A DNA stretch of 64,000 nucleotides, taken from the NCBI GenBank assembly GCA_964016885.1, contig OZ024745.1:6014001-6078000 (forward strand). Reading direction: 5' to 3'. This DNA comes from Eledone cirrhosa (lineage: Eukaryota). This document shows, piece by piece, positions 54,701 through 64,000 of this stretch; the stretch's first letter is position 1, and each line of letters begins with the position of its first letter. Position numbers and translations under genes: made by a program. The notes under the pieces are model-generated. The model was not told the origin of the DNA. It saw only the letters and a program-made list of their open reading frames with translations, and ran no database searches.

Positions 54701-57700
54701 CATATAAAACAATATACACCTTCCCAGACCATATAACACAATATACACCTTCCCAGGCCATATAACACAATATACACCTTCCCAGACCATATAACACAAT
54801 ATACACCTTCCCAGGCCACGTAACACAATATACACCTTCCCAGGCCATGTAACACAATATACACCTTCCCAGGCCATATAACACAATATACACCTTCCCA
54901 GGCCATGTAACACAATATACACCTTCCCAGGCCATGTAACACAATATACACCTTCCCAGGCCATATAACACAATATACACCTTCCCAGGCCATGTAACAC
55001 AATATACACCTTCCCAGGCCATGTAACACAATATACACCTTCCCAGACCATATAACACAATATACACCATCCCAGACCATATAACACAATATACACCTTC
55101 CCAGGACATATAACACAATATACACCTTCCCAGACCATATAACACAATATACAACTTCCCAGGCCATGTAACACAATATACACCTTCCCAGGCCATATAA
55201 CACAATATACACCTTCCCAGGCCATATAACACAATATACACCTTCCCAGGCCATATAACACAATATAAACCTTCCCAGGCCATGTAACACAATATACACC
55301 TTCCCAGGCCATATAACACAATATACACCTTCCCAGACCATATAACACAATATACACCTTCCCAGATCATATAACACAATATACACCTTCCCAGGCCATA
55401 TAACACAATATACACCTTCCCAGACCATATAACACAATATACACCTTCCCAGGCCACGTAACACAATATACACCTTCCCAGGCCATGTAACACAATATAC
55501 ACCTTCCCAGGCCATATAACACAATATACACCTTCCCAGACCATATAACACAATATACACCTTCCCAGGCCATATATCATAATATACACCTTCCCAGACC
55601 ATATAACACAATATACACCTTCCCAGGCCATATAACACAATATACACCTTCCCAGATCATATAACACAATATACACCTTCCCAGGCCATGTAACACGATA
55701 TACACCTTCCCAGGCCATATAACACAATACACACCTTCCCAGGCCATGTAACACAATATACACCTTCCCAGGCCATATAACACAATATACACCTTCCCAG
55801 GCTATATAACACAATATACACCTTCCCAGACCATATAACACAATATACACCTTCGCAGACCATATAACACAATATACAGCTTCCCAGGCCATATAACACA
55901 ATATACACCTTCCCAGGCCATGTAACACAATATACACCTTCCCAGGCCATGTAACACACAATATACACCTTCCCAGGCCATGTATCACAATATACACCTT
56001 CCCAGGCCATGTAACACAATATACACCTTCCCAGACCATATAACACGATATACAGCTTCCCAGATCATATAACACAATATACACCTTCCCAGGCCATGTA
56101 ACACAATATACACCTTCCCAGGCCATATAACACAATATACACCTTCCCAGGCCATATAACACAATACACACCTTCCCAGGCCATATAACACAATATACAC
56201 CTTCCCAGGCCATATAACACAATATACACCTTCCCAGGCCATATAACACAATACACACCTTCCCAGGCCATATAACACAATATACACCTTCCCAGGCCAT
56301 ATAACACAATACACACCTTCCCAGGCCATGTAACACAATATACACCTTCCCAGGCTATATAACACAATATACACCTTCCCAGGCCATATAACACAATATA
56401 CACCTTCCCAGGCCATGTAACACGATATACACCTTCCCAGGCCATATAACACAATATACACCTTCCCAGGCCATATAACACACAATATACACCTTCCCAG
56501 GCCATATAACACAATATACACCTTCCCAGGCCATGTAACACGATATACACCTTCCCAGGCCATATAACACAATATACACCTTCCCAGGCCATATAACACA
56601 CAATATACACCTTCCCAGACCATATAACACAATATACACCTTCCCAGGCCATATAACACAATATAGACCTTCCCAGACCATATAACACAATATACACCTT
56701 CCCAGGCCATGTAACACAATATACACCTTCCCAGACCATATAACACAATATACAACTTCCCAGGCCATATAACACAATATACACCTTCCCAGGCCATATA
56801 ACACAATATACACCTTCCCAGGCCATATAACACAATATACACCTTCCCAGGCCATATAACACGATATACACCTTCCCAGGCCATATGACACAATATACAC
56901 CTTCCCAGGCCATATAACACAATATACACCTTCCCAGGCCATATAACACAATACACACCTTCCCAGGCCATGTAACACACAATATACACCTTCCCAGGCC
57001 ATGTAACACAATATACACCTTCCCAGGCCATGTAACACAATATACACCTTCCCAGGCCATATAACACAATATACACCTTCCCAGACCATATAACACAATA
57101 TACAGCTTCCCAGATCATATAACACAATATACACCTTCCCAGGCCATGTAACACAATATGCACCTTCCCAGGCCATATAACACGATATACACCTTCCCAG
57201 ACCATGTAACACAATATACACCTTCCCAGGCCATATAACACAATACACAACTTCCCAGGCCATATAACACAATATACACCTTCCCAGGCCATATAACACA
57301 ATACACACCTTCCCAGGCCATGTAACACAATATACACCTTCCCAGGCCATATAACACAATATACACCTTCCCAGACCATATAACACAATATACACCTTCC
57401 CAGACCATATAACACAATATACACCTTCCCAGGCCATATAACACAATATACACCTTCCCAGACCATATAACACAATATACACCTTCCCAGGCCACGTAAC
57501 ACAATATACACCTTCCCAGGCCATGTAACACAATATACACCTTCCCAGGCCATATAACACAATATACACCTTCCCAGGCCATGTAACACAATATACACCT
57601 TCCCAGGCCATGTAACACAATATACACCTTCCCAGGCCATATAACACAATATACACCTTCCCAGGCCATGTAACACAATATACACCTTCCCAGGCCATGT

Positions 57701-60700
57701 AACACAATATACACCTTCCCAGACCATATAACACAATATACACCATCCCAGACCATATAACACAATATACACCTTCCCAGGACATATAACACAATATACA
57801 CCTTCCCAGACCATATAACACAATATACACCTTCCCAGACCATATAACACAATATACAACTTCCCAGGCCATGTAACACAATATACACCTTCCCAGGCCA
57901 TATAACACAATATACACCTTCCCAGGCCATATAACACAATATACACCTTCCCAGGCCATATAACACAATATACACCTTCCCAGGCCATGTAACACAATAT
58001 ACACCTTCCCAGGCCATATAACACAATATACACCTTCCCAGACCATATAACACAATATACACCTTCCCAGGCCATATAACACAATATACACCTTCCCAGA
58101 CCATATAACACAATATACACCTTCCCAGGCCACGTAACACAATATACACCTTCCCAGGCCATGTAACACAATATACACCTTCCCAGGCCATATAACACAA
58201 TATACACCTTCCCAGGCCATGTAACACAATATACACCTTCCCAGGCCATGTAACACAATATACACCTTCCCAGGCCATATAACACAATATACACCTTCCC
58301 AGGCCATGTAACACAATATACACCTTCCCAGGCCATGTAACACAATATACACCTTCCCAGACCATATAACACAATATACACCATCCCAGACCATATAACA
58401 CAATATACACCTTCCCAGGACATATAACACAATATACACCTTCCCAGACCATATAACACAATATACACCTTCCCAGACCATATAACACAATATACAACTT
58501 CCCAGGCCATGTAACACAATATACACCTTCCCAGGCCATATAACACAATATACACCTTCCCAGGCCATATAACACAATATACACCTTCCCAGGCCATATA
58601 ACACAATATACACCTTCCCAGGCCATGTAACACAATATACACCTTCCCAGGCCATATAACACAATATACACCTTCCCAGACCATATAACACAATATACAC
58701 CTTCCCAGATCATATAACACAATATACACCTTCCCAGGCCATATAACACAATATACACCTTCCCAGACCATATAACACAATATACACCTTCCCAGGCCAC
58801 GTAACACAATATACACCTTCCCAGGCCATGTAACACAATATACACCTTCCCAGGCCATATAACACAATATACACCTTCCCAGACCATATAACACAATATA
58901 CACCTTCCCAGGCCATATATCATAATATACACCTTCCCAGACCATATAACACAATATACACCTTCCCAGGCCATATAACACAATATACACCTTCCCAGAT
59001 CATATAACACAATATACACCTTCCCAGGCCATGTAACACGATATACACCTTCCCAGGCCATATAACACAATACACACCTTCCCAGGCCATGTAACACAAT
59101 ATACACCTTCCCAGGCCATATAACACAATATACACCTTCCCAGGCTATATAACACAATATACACCTTCCCAGACCATATAACACAATATACACCTTCGCA
59201 GACCATATAACACAATATACAGCTTCCCAGGCCATATAACACAATATACACCTTCCCAGGCCATGTAACACAATATACACCTTCCCAGGCCATGTAACAC
59301 ACAATATACACCTTCCCAGGCCATGTATCACAATATACACCTTCCCAGGCCATGTAACACAATATACACCTTCCCAGGCCATATAACACAATATACACCT
59401 TCCCAGACCATATAACACGATATACAGCTTCCCAGATCATATAACACAATATACACCTTCCCAGGCCATGTAACACAATATACACCTTCCCAGGCCATAT
59501 AGCACGATATACACCTTCCCAGACCATGTAACACAATATACACCTTCCCAGGCCATATAACACAATACACACCTTCTCAGGCCATATAACACAATATACA
59601 CCTTTCCAGGCCATATAACACAATACACACCTTCCCAGGCCATGTAACACAATATACACCTTCCCAGGCTATATAACACAATATACACCTTCCCAGACCA
59701 TATAACATAATATACACCTTCCCAGGCCATGTAACACGATATACACCTTCCCAGGCCATATAACACAATATACACCTTCCCAGGCCATATAACACACAAT
59801 ATACACCTTCCCAGACCATATAACACAATATACACCTTCCCAGACCATATAACACAATATACACCTTCCCAGACCATATAACACAATATACAACTTCCCA
59901 GGCCATATAACACAATATACACCTTCCCAGGCCATGTAACGCAATATACACCTTCCCAGACCATATAACACAATATACAACTTCCCAGGCCATGTAACAC
60001 AATATACACCTTCCCAGGCCATATAACACAATATACACCTTCCCAGGCCATATAACACAATATACACCTTCCCAGGCCATATAACACAATATACACCTTC
60101 CCAGGCCATATGACACAATATACACCTTCCCAGGCCATATAACACAATATACACCTTCCCAGGCCATATAACACAATACACACCTTCCCAGGCCATGTAA
60201 CACACAATATACACCTTCCCAGGCCATGTAACACAATATACACCTTCCCAGGCCATGTAACACAATATACACCTTCCCAGGCCATATAACACAATATACA
60301 CCTTCCCAGACCATATAACACAATATACAGCTTCCCAGATCATATAACACAATATACACCTTCCCAGGCCATGTAACACAATACGCACCTTCCCAGGCCA
60401 TATAACACGATATACACCTTCCCAGACCATGTAACACAATATACACCTTCCCAGGCCATATAACACAATACACACCTTCCCAGGCCATATAACAGAATAT
60501 ACACCTTCCCAGGACATATAACACAATACACACCTTCCCAGGCCATGTAACACAATATACACCTTCCCAGGCCATATAACACAATATACACCTTCCCAGA
60601 CCATATAACACAATATACACCTTCCCAGACCATATAACACAATATACACCTTCCCAGGCCATATAACACAATATACACCTTCCCAGACCATATAACACAA

Positions 60701-63700
60701 TATACACCTTCCCAGGCCACGTAACACAATATACACCTTCCCAGGCCATGTAACACAATATACACCTTCCCAGGCCATATAACACAATATACACCTTCCC
60801 AGGCCATGTAACACAATATACACCTTCCCAGGCCATGTAACACAATATACACCTTCCCAGGCCATATAACACAATATACACCTTCCCAGGCCATGTAACA
60901 CAATATACACCTTCCCAGGCCATGTAACACAATATACACCTTCCCAGACCATATAACACAATATACACCATCCCAGACCATATAACACAATATACACCTT
61001 CCCAGGACATATAACACAATATACACCTTCCCAGACCATATAACACAATATACACCTTCCCAGACCATATAACACAATATACAACTTCCCAGGCCATGTA
61101 ACACAATATACACCTTCCCAGGCCATATAACACAATATACACCTTCCCAGGCCATATAACACAATATACACCTTCCCAGGCCATATAACACAATATACAC
61201 CTTCCCAGGCCATGTAACACAATATACACCTTCCCAGGCCATATAACACAATATACACCTTCCCAGACCATATAACACAATATACAACTTCCCAGATCAT
61301 ATAACACAATATACACCTTCCCAGGCCATATAACACAATATACACCTTCCCAGACCATATAACACAATATACACCTTCCCAGGCCACGTAACACAATATA
61401 CACCTTCCCAGGCCATGTAACACAATATACACCTTCCCAGGCCATATAACACAATATACACCTTCCCAGACCATATAACACAATATACGGCTTCCCAGGC
61501 CATATATCATAATATACACCTTCCCAGACCATATAACACAATATACAACTTCCCAGGCCATATAACACAATATACACCTTCCCAGATCATATAACACAAT
61601 ATACACCTTCCCAGGCCATGTAACAAGATATACACCTTCCCAGGCCATATAACACAATATACACCTTCCCAGGCCATATAACACACAATATACACCTTCC
61701 CAGGCCATATAACACAATATACACCTTCCCAGGCCATATAACACAATACACACCTTCCCAGGCCATGTAACACAATATATACCTTCCCAGGCCATATAAC
61801 ACAATATACAACTTCCCAGACCATATAACACAATATACACCTTCCCAGACCATATAACACAATATACACCTTCCCAGGCCATATAACACAATATACACCT
61901 TCCCAGACCATATAACACAATATACACCTTCCCAGGCCACGTAATACAATATACACCTTCCCAGGCCATGTAACACAATATACACCTTCCCAGGCCATAT
62001 AACACAATATACACCTTCCCAGGCCATGTAACACAATATACACCTTCCCAGGCCATGTAACACAATATACACCTTCCCAGGCCATATAACACAATATACA
62101 CCTTCCCAGGCCATGTAACACAATATACACCTTCCCAGGCCATGTAACACAATATACACCTTCCCAGGCCATATAACACAATATACACCTTCCCAGACCA
62201 TATAACACAATATACAGCTTCCCAGATCATATAACACAATATACACCTTCCCAGGCCATGTAACACAATATGCACCTTCCCAGGCCATATAACACGATAT
62301 ACACCTTCCCAGACCATGTAACACAATATACACCTTCCCAGGCCATATAACACAATACACACCTTCCCAGGCCATATAACACAATATACACCTTCCCAGG
62401 CCATATAACACAATACACACCTTCCCAGGCCATGTAACACAATATACACCTTCCCAGGCCATATAACACAATATACACCTTCCCAGACCATATAACACAA
62501 TATACACCTTCCCAGACCATATAACACAATATACACCTTCCCAGGCCATATAACACAATATACACCTTCCCAGACCATATAACACAATATACACCTTCCC
62601 AGGCCACGTAACACAATATACACCTTCCCAGGCCATGTAACACAATATACACCTTCCCAGGCCATATAACACAATATACACCTTCCCAGGCCATGTAACA
62701 CAATATACACCTTCCCAGGCCATGTAACACAATATACACCTTCCCAGGCCATATAACACAATATACACCTTCCCAGGCCATGTAACACAATATACACCTT
62801 CCCAGGCCATGTAACACAATATACACCTTCCCAGACCATATAACACAATATACACCATCCCAGACCATATAACACAATATACACCTTCCCAGGACATATA
62901 ACACAATATACACCTTCCCAGACCATATAACACAATATACACCTTCCCAGACCATATAACACAATATACAACTTCCCAGGCCATGTAACACAATATACAC
63001 CTTCCCAGGCCATATAACACAATATACACCTTCCCAGGCCATATAACACAATATACACCTTCCCAGGCCATATAACACAATATACACCTTCCCAGGCCAT
63101 GTAACACAATATTCACCTTCCCAGGCCATATAACACAATATACACCTTCCCAGACCATATAACACAATATACACCTTCCCAGATCATATAACACAATATA
63201 CACCTTCCCAGGCCATATAACACAATATACACCTTCCCAGACCATATAACACAATATACACCTTCCCAGGCCACGTAACACAATATACACCTTCCCAGGC
63301 CATGTAACACAATATACACCTTCCCAGGCCATATAACACAATATACACCTTCCCAGACCATATAACACAATATACACCTTCCCAGGCCATATATCATAAT
63401 ATACACCTTCCCAGACCATATAACACAATATACACCTTCCCAGGCCATATAACACAATATACACCTTCCCAGGCCATGTAACACAATATACACCTTCCCA
63501 GGCCATGTAACACAATATACACCTTCCCAGGCCATATAACACAATATACACCTTCCCAGGCCATGTAACACAATATACACCTTCCCAGGCCATGTAACAC
63601 AATATACACCTTCCCAGACCATATAACACAATATACACCATCCCAGACCATATAACACAATATACACCTTCCCAGGACATATAACACAATATACACCTTC

Positions 63701-64000
63701 CCAGACCATATAACACAATATACACCTTCCCAGACCATATAACACAATATACAACTTCCCAGGCCATGTAACACAATATACACCTTCCCAGGCCATATAA
63801 CACAATATACACCTTCCCAGGCCATATAACACAATATACACCTTCCCAGGCCATATAACACAATATACACCTTCCCAGGCCATGTAACACAATATACACC
63901 TTCCCAGGCCATATAACACAATATACACCTTCCCAGACCATATAACACAATATACAACTTCCCAGATCATATAACACAATATACACCTTCCCAGGCCATA
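45734..64000. repeat. 29-bp satellite (AACACAATATACACCTTCCCAGGCCATRT) with 31-bp variants, about 630 copies, running off the window end
   Basis: Directly visible. Confidence 0.98.

Noticed and set aside
44542-63986. Dozens of long minus-strand ORFs (MAWEGVYCV...)
   Set aside because: They are translations of the 29-bp and 52-bp satellites in all three frames, with no sign of frame-specific selection.
43088-64000. CRISPR-like arrays
   Set aside because: The units are head-to-tail with no unique spacers, there are no cas genes, and the context is eukaryotic.

Overview
Eukaryotic, repeat-dominated DNA with no convincing intact host gene. The SINE families and microsatellite load suggest an octopod cephalopod (inference). 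Bases 1-36,000 mix microsatellites, tRNA-derived SINEs, MITEs, LINE fragments, two Penelope-like (PLE) GIY-YIG elements and many short non-coding elements inserted into (TA)n. About a dozen type-I hammerhead ribozyme (HHR) motifs lie in these elements, including U3-A8 core variants and long-stem-II variants. The short elements also show recurrent fold-back palindromes and a shared ACTC..GAGTRC hairpin near their 3' ends. Bases 36,700-64,000 hold a 21-bp satellite, a 5'-truncated L1/Tx1 LINE with one frameshift, and 34-, 52- and 29-bp satellites; the 29-bp array is over 18 kb and has higher-order duplications. Most long ORFs in the track are repeat artefacts.
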